From: Epiperipatus broadwayi
Taxonomy: Eukaryota; Animalia; Onychophora
Assembly (NCBI GenBank): GCA_028023455.1
Contig: JAQFVV010000002.1
Coordinates: 14,012,001 to 14,076,000, forward strand
Direction of reading: 5' to 3'
DNA: 64,000 nucleotides
The notes below the pieces were generated by a model, which was given only the letters and a program-made list of their open reading frames with translations, was not told where the DNA came from and did no database searches. A program made the position numbers and the translations under genes. How positions within the stretch are numbered: position 1 is the first letter of the stretch; each line of letters opens with the position of its first letter. Positions 38,452 through 52,941 of this stretch are shown here, in pieces.

Positions 38452-38763
38452 TATACATTATTAACAACCTAATACCCACTTGATGAATTAGACTAATATC
38501 CAACTTGGTCTCCTGGGTCAAGCTCCCCCTCTACTGTGACCTCAGGAATAGAGCCCCCACTGATCCCTTGAGAGTAGATGTTTCAATCTCCTCAACTACA
38601 GATGTCAGTTCTGGGTGGCCATTTTTCAATGGGGTGATTTGCAAAGGGGAGTCTTTCAGGTTGAGGGGTATCAGGCCATTCAGATAGTCTACCTGTGTTT
38701 GTGAACTAGTTCGCGTCTTCTTTCCCTTAGGTGGGCATTCCTGGTCTACTGCTTCATGTAATT

Positions 38764-39658
38764 CTATGAGACCCCCCCCACAAATTCTGATTCATGGCAG
38801 GCTGTAGAAGGGGCAGATGATGGTTTAGGTCTCTTAGATCTTTTTGCCTTCTTGCGATTGGGTCGGGCTGTGGTTGGTGTTACAAGTTTATCTTCTGACT
38901 CTTGCTTGGAGTTATTCTCAAGCTGTGTATTCTCAGAATTTTCAAACATGAGTATGTCATTGGCTTGGGTGGCTGTCTGTTCTGTTACTTGCATTCCGGA
39001 CATACTATGATGATTCAGTTGCTTTGACTTTACTAATTGAAAGTCTCCTGAATTGGATATATTATTGCTCATTATATTACTCATTATATTATTTTCTTGC
39101 AATTTGGAATGAATCATCAGGGGTCTCTCTGGGTTACATCTGTGGAATTTCTTGCTTATAGATCCACAATGTAAGCATTTTCGATCAGGGCAGTCTCTCA
39201 TTAGATGTCCCCTCTGGGAACAGTGGAAACACTGCGGGGAAAGCCCCTCTCAGAATAATCAGTGATGCCTCCCGATATTCCACCAATCCAGGCACAGCCA
39301 ATGGGGACACACCTTTGGCAAGTAAAATTCTGAATTCTGCAAGGTTTGTCAAAACTTCAGCTCCAACATTCCGAAGTTGTCGGTAACCAAAAGACGTAAT
39401 TTTCCCATATGGAGCGAGGATTTGTTGAAGCTCTGATTGTCGAAATTCAACACCTCAATTTTTAACCATTCCACTGATACACATCGATCTATCCAAGTAC
39501 ACGGTCACCAAATACCAGCCTGCAAATGTTTTATGCGTGTTTTTGAAGGCTTCCTTGGCAAAGGGGTTGGTGAATTGTATGGCGACATAGCGGTCATTCG
39601 GGTGAAATAAAACTTTATATATGGAGGACCAATATCCCCTTTGCCTTAAAGAGATCAA
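38764..39658 (-). pseudogene. L1/Tx1-like ORF1 (zinc-knuckle protein), broken
   Basis: ORF-track fragments 39455-39658 and 38764-39201; CCHC motif near 39190-39235. Confidence 0.75.
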
Positions 39659-42236
39659 ACAATGATTGAGTTGGAAATTTATAAAAGGATATATTATGAT
39701 CTGTCGTGGAGAAAATTAGTGTATTATTATTTCTGTAAGGTTGAAAGGACCTCATCAACAATGCAGGTATTGATTGATTAAAGCTGTCATTCATGACCTC
39801 ATGGGATGTTGGACTATCTTCTATAATTGTTCTTATTTACCAAATTGGTTTTCCAATTAGCATAGAAAAAGGACTGTTGTCTCTGATACAATATGTTGTA
39901 TATTCTCATTTATTTACAGCATCTGTTTTTTTTTCTTTGCCTTTCATTGCTTCAATGACTTTCACTTCCTAGACTGTTAACATTCTTATCCAAACTGTTC
40001 TATGTTTTATATATTAAATTGAATCTTTTTTCTTTTATAATTTTTTCTCTGGTTACATTCCCAGTGTCAGTTTTATCTCAGTGCAGTAATAAGCTTCCTT
40101 TTTTTATCTTCACTATTTGTATTTTTTCCATTTTTTTAATCTTGTGTCAATGCTGCTACTTTTTTTGTAATTTTCTTTGAATAAATTCTATTTTATTTAA
40201 ATTCTATTTTATTTTTTTGTTGTCTACACATATTTTCTTATGCAATATATTAAAATAAATGTAATATTTTTCAATTTATCAATACTTAATTTTATACCTG
40301 CTAAATTGATATTTACGTTGTGCTCTTGCACTTGTACTACTATTCTCAAACCTATTTTAAATCACTGTAAACAAAATTTATTTGGCATTGTAAATATAAA
40401 ATTTTATCATGATAATTAAACCATATATTCATTATTATTCTACTATTCTCTATAATTTTTTTTCAATTTTTACAGTTTTTATTATCTTGTCTTACATAGC
40501 ATTCTATTCTTTTGTTATTTAACTTTTTTTTTTTTGCATGATTTTTTTTTTCCATAATATGATTTCTGCCACTATGGATGCATGAATAATAGCTTTTGGC
40601 ACAGTTTTCCTCTCCATTACTGCTGATAAAATTTTCACCTTCTCATTTGTTTATTTTTTTAATAGTTCACACATCTATTCTTAAGTTATTTTTAAATCTA
40701 AGAAGTTTTGATTGATATCCTTATTTCTGGGAAAATATTTATTTTTAGAGCCACATAACTTAAAGATCTGGAAGTATATAATAATTTTACGTTTAGATTT
40801 ATTATTATTTTGTTATTTATTGAATTAGGTTATCTTTTGATGGTATTGAATATTTCTACTTGAAATTTCTCTCTTTTTATTATAGAATATGTACTGTACT
40901 TTTAAATGTTTAGTATACTTTCTGCAATTAAGTCATAAAATTTGTTCATAGTTGGATGGCAGTGAATGTTGTCATAATATTCAGTAGGTGGTAGAATATA
41001 AAAGATTTGCATAGTAAATAGCCAATTCAACAAAGTTGGCTACTAAAATTTGTTGAAAGTTTGTTAGCATGTTGAGCCTCGATGCAATGCAGCAATCAGA
41101 TATTTAAGATAAATTTTATGAAAGAGAACTATGAACTAATTTTTTTTTTTGATCTTATTTTTATGCTATAACTTGAGCTTTTTTTAATATATGATATTTA
41201 GGAGTTCTTGGGTGAATCTTTCCCAGTCTCACAAAAGAATTGTCAGTTTATCTAGTATATATTGGAAGATTTCTGTATAGAGAAAATATAATTTGTTCAA
41301 ATTAATGGGCATTAAATTTAAAAACAATGTTAATAAGATATTTATTACCTTCTTTTCCCCATACATTTGATGGCTACTTCACTGTTGACTTCCAAACAGT
41401 AAATTATACAATATTTACTACTTACATCAAACATTTTTGATTTTAAATTATGCCCAATTTTGACTCACTTCATTATAAAACAAGATCAGCATACCATAAT
41501 AGTTGTTTAGAATATAATGCTGTTGTTAGGCTCACCGGGTAACAGTGAATTCATGCCTGATTTTTGTATAAATTTAAAAGTGGCGTAGTCTTCAGAATAT
41601 TGGAAAGCAGGGGAGATTTTGGAGTAGGGCATTTAGAGATATTTTTGTGAAGTGAGTAAATTATAGAAAGTTTATAATATCTAAAACATTTATTTTAATT
41701 TTTTTTTTGTTTATTCTATGTTTTATCTTTCACTTATTTTTCATAATCTTCTAAAAAAAATTTCATATTCTTAATGGCATGTCTTTTTTTTTTTTTTTAA
41801 TTAAACTCATGTTTATAATTTGCATTTTTCTGGTTAATTTTATATTTTCTGTCTTGTCACTAATACAATTTCTGACTTTTTTTATTTTATTTTTAATTTG
41901 AAAATATCTTTTTTCAATTTTTCTAAAAATCTTCCATATATTTTAATTTTTACATTATTATTTAATATGCTTTCTAAACATATCTGTTTTGATTTACACC
42001 AGCTATAAATGTTTTATTCTTAATATGTAGTCTCAGAACTTCAAACTTATGTTTATACATATTTTTAAGCATACAAATATATATTTTTAACTTTGGTGCT
42101 TGAATAATACTTATATACTTATATCTCTATGTATATATATAGTATGTTATTATCTTAAAATAATACAATTTGAATAATAAAAGAAAACTGATGTTTTGGG
42201 GCTAGCAGCTGACAATATATTCCATGTTTTGTTCAG

Positions 42237-42428
42237 GTGCTGACATCAATGCCCAGACTGAAGAAACTCAGGAGACAGCTTTGACCCTAGCTTGCTGTGG
42301 GGGGTTTCTAGAAGTGGCAGACTTTCTGGTCAAAGCAGGGGCAGGCATTGAATTAGGTGCTAGCACTCCCCTGATGGAAGCTGCTCAAGAGGGCCATCTA
42401 GAGCTGGTTAGATATCTTTTAGATGCAG
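42237..42428 (+). CDS. ANKHD1: ANKHD1/mask exon B, (G)ADINAQTEETQETALTLACCGGF...LVRYLLDA(G)
   Basis: Acceptor ttcag ends 42236; donor gtagtg at 42429; phase 1/1; directly continues the exon A peptide. Confidence 0.97.
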
Positions 42429-44228
42429 GTAGTGTATTTTCTTATTCTTTACACTATTAATAGTGCCATTTTGTAAGCTATATTAAACCTGCTTTGCCTT
42501 AAATTTTATAATATTTAAAAATAAATTAAAAACAAATCTCTGGGATGGTAAATGGGGTAAGCTTATAAGAAGCACTTAATACATTTAAGAATATATTAGA
42601 ACATCAGAAAGTAATGTCGTCTTTTTTTTTTTAAAAAAAAAAAAAAAAGGAAAAATATTTTTATTTAAATAAAAAAATAATTTTTATTTTAATAATTTGT
42701 TTAATGGCATTTTATTCAATGTTGATGACTTATATTATCTGTGTAATATTAAAAATTAAAATTGTAAACATTTTATACTAAGTGATAATTAAACGACAAT
42801 ATCATATCAATGTGATGGATGAGGCAAAATGTTTTAGTATTTTTTTTTTTTTAGTATATATTTTTTTTAATTCCAAATTTGTTTTACAAAATATGATTTT
42901 GATTATTAATTTGAAGGCTGACATTTTGATTGAAGCTTGTTTTATGCATTTTATTTGTCATCTACATAACTTAGGTTACTTTCAGGAGAAAACTAAAAAG
43001 AAAAAACATTTTGGAGATTAATCCCAAGAGTATTTACACTAGAAGTAGCCATAGCTTTTAATTAATTAATTTCTCAACACTAAAAATAATCTTGGTTGAG
43101 AATTTCTTTTTTTCTGCTTAATCATTCTTTGGTTATATATTTTTTTAGCTGTTAGGTATGTGAGCTCATCTTATGACTTTTCTGACTTGCTTATATTTCT
43201 TTATAGACGGGCATGAATTATAAAGATCATCTATTAATTGTAATTAATATTAATCAACTATTTCTTGCTCTTTTTAATTTTAGGCTTCAGAAAGATTACA
43301 ATTGTCTGATCATAATATATTAATAAATATGTTAATGCTAAAGCATAGAGAATTTGGCTAATTACTAAATATTCTTGTTTCTTTTGACTTTTAAATTGCA
43401 TTTTACTCTTAACTATAAAATATTTGTAAAAGTCAGGTTTATCATCTAATATATATTATTCATCTTTAGTTATATATATGTATTGGTGTTAAAGATGAAT
43501 TGTAGATCAGATGATTAATATAAAATTAATTTGCAGTATTATGCTATTTAAAGAATGTAATATGCTTTTATTTTGATAATATTGTAATTTTATTAAACCA
43601 TTTATTTGGGAGGGAGGAATGAGGACGACATTACTTTTTTGTGAGTAATATAAATTAATATACTTCTGTTTGTTGTGTATTTGTGTGTATATGTATACAC
43701 ACGTGCTTACATGAACATTTTTTGTTTTGTTCATACAATTCTGTCCGTATCTTTTTCTCGTAAAATGTTGGTATATAATGTTTGTTTATTTTTATTATAC
43801 AAGTATTTTTTTTTGTATATATGCATCTTATTTTTTATTTAATAGCTCAAAAATTAAATTATTACAAACTTTTTAGACAATTGTTTTTTTAATTATTGCT
43901 TTTACATTTTGCTCTGCTTTTTTTTGTTTCCATAAGAATTAAAAATATATGGACTGCATATATATATATATTGTTCCAAATTATGAAATTTCCATAACAA
44001 TTTTTAAAATATATATATATATATTATCTCCTTGTTTAGTTGTTAAATGGATATGTGGCTGTTTTAAAAAAAGAAAATTAGCTTTTATCTATTGTAATTT
44101 TTAAATTTATTTCTTAATGGCATAAAATCTAGTTGTACATATATATATCCTATAAAAATAAACATTTTCATGTAATACTTTGTGTTCTTTTATATTTTAA
44201 AATGTAAACTTGATCTATGTTTTCATAG

Positions 44229-44338
44229 GTGCAAATGTTAATGCAACTACAGGCACTGGAGATACTGCACTGACATATGCATGTGAAAATGGTCATACTG
44301 ATGTAGCTGATTTACTTTTACAAATTGGTGCCAATTTG
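44229..44338 (+). CDS. ANKHD1: ANKHD1/mask exon C, (G)ANVNATTGTGDTALTYACENGHTDVADLLLQIGANL
   Basis: Not in the ORF track; translated by hand. Acceptor tttcatag ends 44228; donor gtaaga at 44339; phase 1/0; a typical ankyrin repeat. Confidence 0.96.
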
Positions 44339-44799
44339 GTAAGAAATTTATTGTTTATATCTACTGTTCACCAACAGTAAAATTATCTGATCAATAATAT
44401 GAAAATATTTGTTGTCTTACTGCAATAATCTGATAATAATATCTGCTTGATTCTTTAGATCACACTTCAGATAAAACAGCAAGATTCATTTATTTTGATT
44501 TGTAGGGAGAGAAACCTCATTATATTTTATTTTCCTGTTTAAATATCATAAGTATGAAAATGAATTATAAATTAAAATTAAAAGAAGCTAAATAGAATTT
44601 TGACATTTTTTATGAAAGATTATTATAAGAAAAATATTTAAATATTATAAACAAAAGTGTACATAATATATACAAAAAAATATTTTATAAAAAAGGCTTT
44701 TATTTAAATTGATGAGTAATAATGTACTAAAAATCAAAAAAAGTATATATATTTTTCATCAACTGTAATTTTGGTCATTATATTTAATTTGAAATAAAG

Positions 44800-46311
44800 C
44801 ATGGGGTGGCCATAAATTAAGTAATTCAATTTATAGAGATCCTGTAATTTTATTTCAAGTTAAATATAACGACCAAAATTGTGGTTGAAGGAAAAAAATA
44901 TTCTTTGGTTTTTAGTGTATTATTATTATTCATCTATTTAAAAATAATTGATCAGAAGTGCTTTTTAGTGAATGAGTAATGAAATTCAATTTAAGTCTAT
45001 TTTTAAGAAAATGATATCATGGCAGTTTGAAATTCGTTCCAACAACATGGTGTTAGATTGGACAAACACTGGATAACTGAAATATCGCATCGTCATTTAT
45101 AGTTAACATGATAAAACAAATGCTGGACAATTCTGAAATATTGCATTGTCATTGATACTTAACACGACAAAATTTGATGGAAATCCATTTGCTAGAATAT
45201 GTTAAAAATCGGTTAGAACATTTTAGACAAGTAGACAAACAAACACACTTTCTAAATTTAATAAAAGTATTTACATAATTCTTAAATATTTGATTTTCCT
45301 AATATTTTCATTGTTAGTTGCTTCAGTGTGAAATTTAATTTTTATTTGAGAATGAATAAGAATGAATAAGTGCATTTTTAATAATTAAAACGTTTATTTT
45401 TGAATACAATTTTTATTTTTTAAAACAAAAAATAGATTAAGAGATGTGATTGCAGTGTTGTGAAAGATAAATAGTAAAAAAAATGAAGAGAAATTAACTA
45501 TTATTTGCTACCGATCTATAAAAATTATACAGTTATTGCATGCTGGTATCATATATTGCCAAGAAATTAATTAGATAGTGTTCAATAAAACAGCCATTTT
45601 TAAGGTTATATATAATTTTATTAATAGAAATGAAATAACATTTCTGTATATCATAAAAGGAATTTAAAAATTTATTAGTCTAATATTCAAAAAATGAAAC
45701 TATTATTATTAATGATTGAGTACACAATTTTGGAACAACTTTTTAATGTATTTGAGACAAATAGATTTATGACATTTTTAGCATGCATAAAAAGTTTTTT
45801 TTTTTTTTTAGTGCTACATAAGCATGCTTTTTTATTTATAAATGTTTGTCAGTGGCTGCCCTTACTCTTTGTTTTTCATCTTTGCCAACAATGCTTTTAA
45901 AAATTTTATTCAAAAAATTTTAATTTACACTTGATGTGACATATTTATTGCAAGAAAATTGCTACAGTTAATTGTCTTGCTCTTCTACTATGAAAATAAT
46001 TTGCATGTTGCTTATCTAAACTGTTGATTCCATACTTTGATAGATTGTAATTGATTATCAGTTTTTAGTATCAAGGCTTATGACTTTGTCTCATATTCAC
46101 ATCTTCTTTTGGCAATATAATCTTCTGATGTATCTAACTCATCATCATCATCTAGAAATTGTTTACACCATTCTTCAAATCTAGGATCCATCTGAAATCA
46201 ATGACTGGAGGATATAATGGGGCTGAAGAAGAAAAAAAAACAATTTAAATTGGAGGGTAAAACCTATAACCAAAATTATGATTACTTCGGATTTTTGGGC
46301 CACTTTGTGTA
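44800..46311. mobile_element. Possible degraded Tc1/mariner-type non-autonomous element
   Basis: Imperfect inverted ends gtggcc..aagtaat at 44800-44827 and 46281-46309; TA present only on the right. Confidence 0.3.
45040..45280 (+). mobile_element. Helitron/Helentron-like non-autonomous fragment
   Basis: Duplicated ~50-bp unit (ctgga..ctgaaatat..gcat..gtcatt) and aaaatcggtt...agacaaacaaaca, similar to arthropod non-autonomous rolling-circle elements. Confidence 0.35.
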
Positions 46312-49300
46312 AATAGAGTAAATTTTATACATGCTTTTGTTTGGTTTTACTTATCATCAGCTTTTAAATATAGTTTTTGACATATAGTACACCTGCTATT
46401 TGATTCCAAATCTTGGGATTATGCTAATAATATTGTCTTGTAGTGAATGTCATATCAAATTGTCATTAACATATACATATATGATACAGTATAGCCATTT
46501 TAAGCATATATATATATTACCGATTGTGCACCTTAAAACATCAAGAAAAATAATTAACAAAACATTAAAATACTTCAGTTATGAAACAGTTAATAGAGAA
46601 ATAAATTGATAAAGCACATTTATATATGGATGTATTGTTTTCACATCCTGGTGTATGTATGTGGATGTCTTTGTAGATTATTACCTTTATTGAAAAATAA
46701 AGCATTCCTTTATTTGTTTTATGATAAAATTTGGTAATGATTGAATTTGAATGGTACAATGCCTAAACAATATTAAATTTATAAATTTTAAACATACTTG
46801 TCCGTGCAGATAGCAATAGCCACTTTCTTGTGGCATTTTTGTGATTGTAATGATATTATTTGCATTTTTGAATTACTAAGTTAAAATTTTCTTTGAAAAT
46901 GGTCCAATGAATAGAGTTAATGATGGCAACATTTCTGCCAAGTTTAAAAGAAGCTATAAAATGCTTTACTTTTTTTAAATTTATACTGATTTTTGAATGT
47001 ATATAATTCCCGCATGCAGTAAAAGTCTTGCTGTCACATTTCAGAAAACTTTTGCTAATGTCTGTTTCTGGTATAATATGTTACTGTCTACCAAAATATT
47101 CTTTTATTCTTAATCTTTAAGCATGAATTAAATGCTTTTTCAGTAAAACATTAAATACATATGATTTACTGTGACTGTAACTTTCACATTTTCAGAAACT
47201 GTAGCATATTGTGACACACCCCCCCCCCCCAGTTATTCATTCTTATTGAATATTCAACTAATATCAGTATACACCTTTTCTTCTTTTAAAACTAAATTAC
47301 TTTCATTTTATCAAACGCAAAAGTATTTCACAATCTTTTTTTTTTTTAGACTTGGAAATATTACCCTTATCATTAAATTCACATTTGGAAGTTGTTATAA
47401 ATGAAATTTTATTTCAAATTTATATAGGTAATATGCTATCATGAGTGCAAACATTTGATGATGTGATCAGCATAAGAGAAAATAACTACTGATTTACAGA
47501 CAGATAATATTATATTACACATGAAATTTATGAATTTTCAATTTTTTTATTTAATATTTTTTCAGAATATAATTTATTGATTCAGCAGGTTTTGAAACAG
47601 CAAGTCTTATATATTTTTAGATTTTATTTATGTAAAAAAAAAGTCATTAGTAGTCAAATAAGGATAAAAAAATCTGTTCATGTAAATTGAGATTCTTAAA
47701 TGTTATGTAATAATCATTACCCAAAAAAGCAAATATTTAAATCTAAGGTATATAGTTTCATTTTTTATCATTTGTCCCCTAACATCCCAAAACTACAATT
47801 CCAGAAGTAACCAGAATCTTAATTATGTAAAGTAGGTAGATGTTGACTACTTTATTCAATAAGGTGAAAGATCTTAAAACGTTTATTAATGGTGTTGCTC
47901 TTTATTATGAATAATCATTTGTGGAATATAATAATAAAATGCAATGGAATTAATAAATGTGCATATAATAGTTCTTATACTTTTAAAATATAAACAAACA
48001 TCTGTTTTATGCATTTAAAATTCTAGCAAATTTTTGAATTATGTTTAACTTGCACATTAGTTGAAAATGACTCCAATAATTCAATTTTGTAACCTTAAAA
48101 TTACACTAGTTACTTTTTAATTTTTAATTATTATGCGACATCTAAGAATTTCTATATATTTAGTTAAATATAGATCACCTCTGCAATCAAAATCATATAT
48201 ATCATATATACGCAAATATGTCTTAGTATCCAATATACAAGAAGTCAATTTTTAAATATTTAATAACAGAACTTAAATATGTTTTCAGACTTAAAATTAA
48301 TCAGACAGTAGATTATGGAATTTTTATGATTGGTTACTAAATAATTAAACAATTTTCACAGAACTATATGTATTCCATATTATTCCATTTTTAATAATAG
48401 GGGCTTACAAAAGAAAAAAAAAAAAGTTTTATTTTGCATTTGGTATAATAGGTCTTACAGCAATGTGGTTAAACATTTTTAATAGTTGATTCCCAATTCA
48501 ATTATAAAGATAATTTTGTGTAATATTTTTTCTACTGTTTTAGTGAATAATTATCAGTATGATTGCAACTCAAGAAGTAATAATTGATAAACTGATTCAA
48601 AAATGCATTAAGACATTGAAATATTTCTATTTTTTTTTTAAAAATGTTAAAATGACTTACCTAGTACAAAAATCTTGAGTCTTGAATTAAAACTGTTTAA
48701 TAATTTTTTTTTTTTTTTTTTTAAGAAACTAAAATAACATTTAAATTGTAACAAAAAGCATTAAAATAAAGAATGGCATAAAACAAAATATTTATGCTAA
48801 AAGTATTAAAGTATTAAAACAGAAATTCTTAATATGACATGAACAATCAAAAACCAAAATAATGGAACGACTATTTTTACTGTTATTAAATTTTTTTTTG
48901 GTGATCATTTACGAATCAAATTTCCTCAATTATTTGATTATTGATGGTTATTTTTAATGGGTTTTAAGCTTTAATGAATATATATTTAAAAATATTATAA
49001 ATGAATATAAAAAAATAATAATTCTGTGTGGTAATTTTAAATTTCTGCAGAGATATAAAAAAGATATAACGTAAAAGTTCGCAGAGAATCAAAATCGTAT
49101 GTCAAATGAAGTGTTGTTTGAAAGATAACTTTATTCTTTAATAATTGCATTTTTTTAATTATTTAAAACAAGTTTATTTATATTCATGCTAAAACTCTAG
49201 AAAGAAATTATATGTCATCTACATCATATATTTGTAATAGTTTTTTAGTTAACATATAATGATTTTACATTTTATAACTTTCATATTAACGTAATACTGG

Positions 49301-52300
49301 AGATTCTCATTCCTTATGATTTATGAGTTCTGCTTATAAAAAAACATAAAATTTACTTTTGCATTGCTATAAAACTGAGTCCTACTTTTGTATATTGACA
49401 TATAATATACTTAAGCAATATATATATAGTCATTTATTTATTGAAAAACAGAAAATAAACAAAAAATTTGGGTAAATAAATAAAATTTGGAAAATGAAAT
49501 ATTGTGACTGGCTAAAATTCACTTTTTCTAGTTTGTTTTTTTTTTTTTACAAAAAAAAAAAATGAAAAGAGAGAAAGGCATCAAATATTTCTACTCATAT
49601 CCATGCACCTACTTGGAAAGCAATTTTTAAGATAAAAGTTCCTAGCAGCATGTGAATATATTTTTTTATTTTATATTAGAACACTTAAAAAGTGCATCAT
49701 TTATTTAATTAAACTAATAGTGTTTTCATGAAGACTTAAAAATTCATTTGTAAAGCTTCCTCAGTTTTTAATTCATCAGCTATCCCTGATGCTTTTTTGC
49801 CAAGTAATATTTGATAACTGCAAAAAATGAAACTATTACTACTTGCACTTTTTGCAAGAATTGAAATTTCCAAATTCATTATTTAAATATTCGCAACTTC
49901 ATATGTGTAGACAGTTTTCAGATATAAAATTTTCAGCTCATTTAATATGAAGGCAAAATTCAAGCTTGATTAAAAAGTTTAATGCAATCCAAAATATTAA
50001 TTCTTAAAAAAATTTTTTTTACATGTGTTTTCATTATTTCTTTTAAATTTTCAAAATTAAGACATGAAAATCCCAATTGTTTCCTAATCCATAGAATATA
50101 TATTAGTTGTAAGAAATAGCTACAAACATTTTAATATAACCAGACAAATTATTAAAGTTCCATACTATGAATTTCATAGTATTGTCTAAAAATCAATATC
50201 ACCTTAAAATCTAAATCATCTTTTCAACAATAGTTTTTTTTTTATTTATATTTCCAATAGAAAATAATTTGCAAACCTGTCAGTTAAAATTTTATCTTGT
50301 AACAGAGCTTCTTCACTGATTAATAACGATCATTCTTATTTATATATAGACATCTCCAATTGTCTCATTTATAACAGTTTATTTCTTTGATTATATTATG
50401 GTTAAACATTTCTGTTATCCTGTTATATTGACATTGTGCATTGATAGAATAAAAACTAGGAAAATTTATAATCTTTGCTGAGAAATTTTAAATTAGTTAT
50501 ACTAGTTATAAGATTTTTATTTAGTGAAAGGGTCTTCTCAATCATATAGTTATATACAAAACCTTTTAATTTATATTTATACAAATAAAATCAGTCCAAT
50601 TTTTTTTTCCCAACTATCCATTTTGTTGAATGATAGAATAAAGAAATTCATATTCCCTTGGTTCATAAACTTCTGTAGATATATTTATGCAGATGTTTCT
50701 GCTGTATGTGAAAGCAACAAGTGACTAATTCCAGTCTTTCAGTGATTTGTTTGATAATAGTAATTCTGATCAGGGCTTCCTAATATTAATAATCAGTTGG
50801 TTGTTGTGGTCGTGTGATTTTATTATTTTTTACTTGGTGCAACTTTAGCTAAGTCTAATATTTTTATTCTGATTAGATTGCAATAATGGAAGATGAAGTT
50901 TAAATTTCAACCATATTTCAGTAGAAATTCTACAATTAACTAAAGAATTATCAAAAGTGCTGACAAGGTTATAACATCTGAAATTTATGACATGCTTTAA
51001 TTACTGGGGAGAGGTCAATTTTTATTTCAGTACCAAAAAAGTGATACCTCTGAAATGCAGACACTGTTAATATTTGACACTTATGCTGAAGATTATTTGA
51101 AACAATATTCTACATTGAAAGAGAATGATAGATATCACTGGATTTGGGAAAATCAAGAAGAACAAGCAATATTTTGTTGATTCACACTAGGTAGGTAATC
51201 TAAAAACTGATGAATACCAAAAGAAAGTTCTTAATTATTATTACAAAGTATTTGATAGTATTGCATTATTGTCCATAATTTTTGGATTGTTGTTAAATGT
51301 TTTTTTTTTTTTTTTAAATACATCTTTACTTCACATAAGAATCAAAAGAAAGCATTAATTTTATATACATTTAAAAAGTTAATCAGCACTACGAATTACC
51401 AGCTAATTTACTCAACATTGCACTCTGATTAAGTATGCTAAGAAGTCATTGTGAAGATTGGCATTGCTGATGAAATTAAGGAAGATCAAAAACATTTATT
51501 AGGACATTAAAAAACACTATGAAAAAATGAAATGGAATCTTTAAATGGGAGAAAAATGAAAAGTTGTGAAATAATAATATTAGCAGATGATGAAAAATAG
51601 AAATTAGAGATATTTTTCCCTCTTAGAAATAAATTAATCAGCAATCAAAAAATATATTGACAATTGATATTTTAAAAGATCTTTCGATATATGATTGATA
51701 TATTTATTTAGTGCAAAAATTAGAATTGTTTTATGTTATGAAATTCTTTAATTTTTGAATTACAAAATGTAAATGCGATAGAACAAATATTTGAAGTATA
51801 ATGTTGGTGAAATGTTTTGAATGTTATCATATATACTTGCATGACTGACATAGTTAATCCATGACATATTACAGGCCATATTATTTCACTAAAATAAATG
51901 TGGAAAAATGTATCTATAATTATTACATCATATGGATATTATATTAACTTTTGAAGATGCATCATTCTATAAAAATGTTTGTATAATCATCAGCATTTGA
52001 TGTTACGTTGATGTATTTTTTCATCTAGATTGAAAATCATTTTTATATGTTACATTGAAAGCAATTGATAAAAGGAGTGATTGCTATAAAAATAACAACA
52101 ACAAAAAAGAATAATCAACATGCATAATAGAAATTGTTTATTTTTTTAGCATTGTTTTTGCATAGCTTCATGTATTACAGAGAAATAAAGAGTTTGCAAA
52201 GTAAAAAGAAAACATTCAGTTAAATTAGCAAGAATAATGTGACAAAGCTGCTCACAGAATAAGTGAAATGAGTCCAAAAGAAAACAATGATCTAATAGCA

Positions 52301-52941
52301 TCTGAAGACACAGATCATCAAAAAGCATTACCAAACAAGAAGTAAGAATTGAAGCATTGATTAAATTGCTGAATGTATTGGTGTTCTTCATATATGCAAA
52401 CTTTTTAAGCTGTGATTCATATAGAAATATTTTCTCAAAAATTAATTTCTGATATATGGTTTTTGTAAATTTCTTGTTTAATAAGTTTTATGAATAGGAT
52501 TTATAAATATAAAATAGTTCCTTATTTTTGTAAGAGGGAGACCATTCAAAATTTGATAGCATCATAATTATTAAGAACTAAATTAAAATGTGGTTAGTTG
52601 AAACAAATATTTTTTTACTTAAAAAAGAATACAGAATTCCTGTTATTTTTTAATTTTTTAGGCGTGCCACAAATCTTTTGTCTAATTAATATGATATGGT
52701 AAATAACATGAAAGTAGAATTTTTTTTCATTATTTATCTTTATATATGTATGTGCATATATATATTTAAAATCATATAATGTAAATATATGTTGGAATCT
52801 GATATATGTTCAAATAAAATTAGCTTTTTTTAAATTATTATTTTGGAATATGATTTAAGTTTTAAGTATCTCAGAATATTTTGTATTTTTTAGTCTAATA
52901 AAAATAATTAATTTTTTATTTATTTATTTATTTATTAAAAG

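Larger units (their letters stand above)
35225..39687 (-). mobile_element. L1/Tx1-like non-LTR retrotransposon, ~4.5 kb, frameshifted
   Basis: ORF1 CCHC knuckle CFHCSQRGHLMRDC; ORF2 APE (LNIRGLN, DILCLCKTKL), RT (LRPISM, LDFADAFDCV, NIDD) and C-terminal CPLCKK..ETISHNLQEC; possible imperfect 11-bp TSD gatat(t/a)ttatg at 35214-35224 and 39688-39698. Confidence 0.88.
34620..41100 (-). mobile_element. Older LINE relic (CR1/L2/RTE-like) hosting the L1/Tx1-like insertion
   Basis: LINE-like coding texture at 34620-35213 and 39700-41100 on both sides of the younger element; motifs weak. Confidence 0.4.
1792..42236 (+). other. 40,445-bp phase-1 intron of ANKHD1/mask, TE-rich
   Basis: The flanking exons join in frame inside one Gly codon and no intervening ankyrin sequence is missing. 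Confidence 0.93.

Noticed and set aside
1792-42236. Nested host gene, snoRNA or snRNA in the large intron
   Set aside because: No spliceable non-TE ORF and no convincing C/D or H/ACA box pair with terminal stems found by eye; an Rfam scan would be decisive.
45930-46200. Minus-strand acidic peptide MDPRFEEWCKQFLDDDDELDTSED, similar to a transposase N-terminus
   Set aside because: Too short and broken to assign.
49600-52400. Coding-like texture suggesting transposase or LINE relics
   Set aside because: No diagnostic motif could be read confidently.
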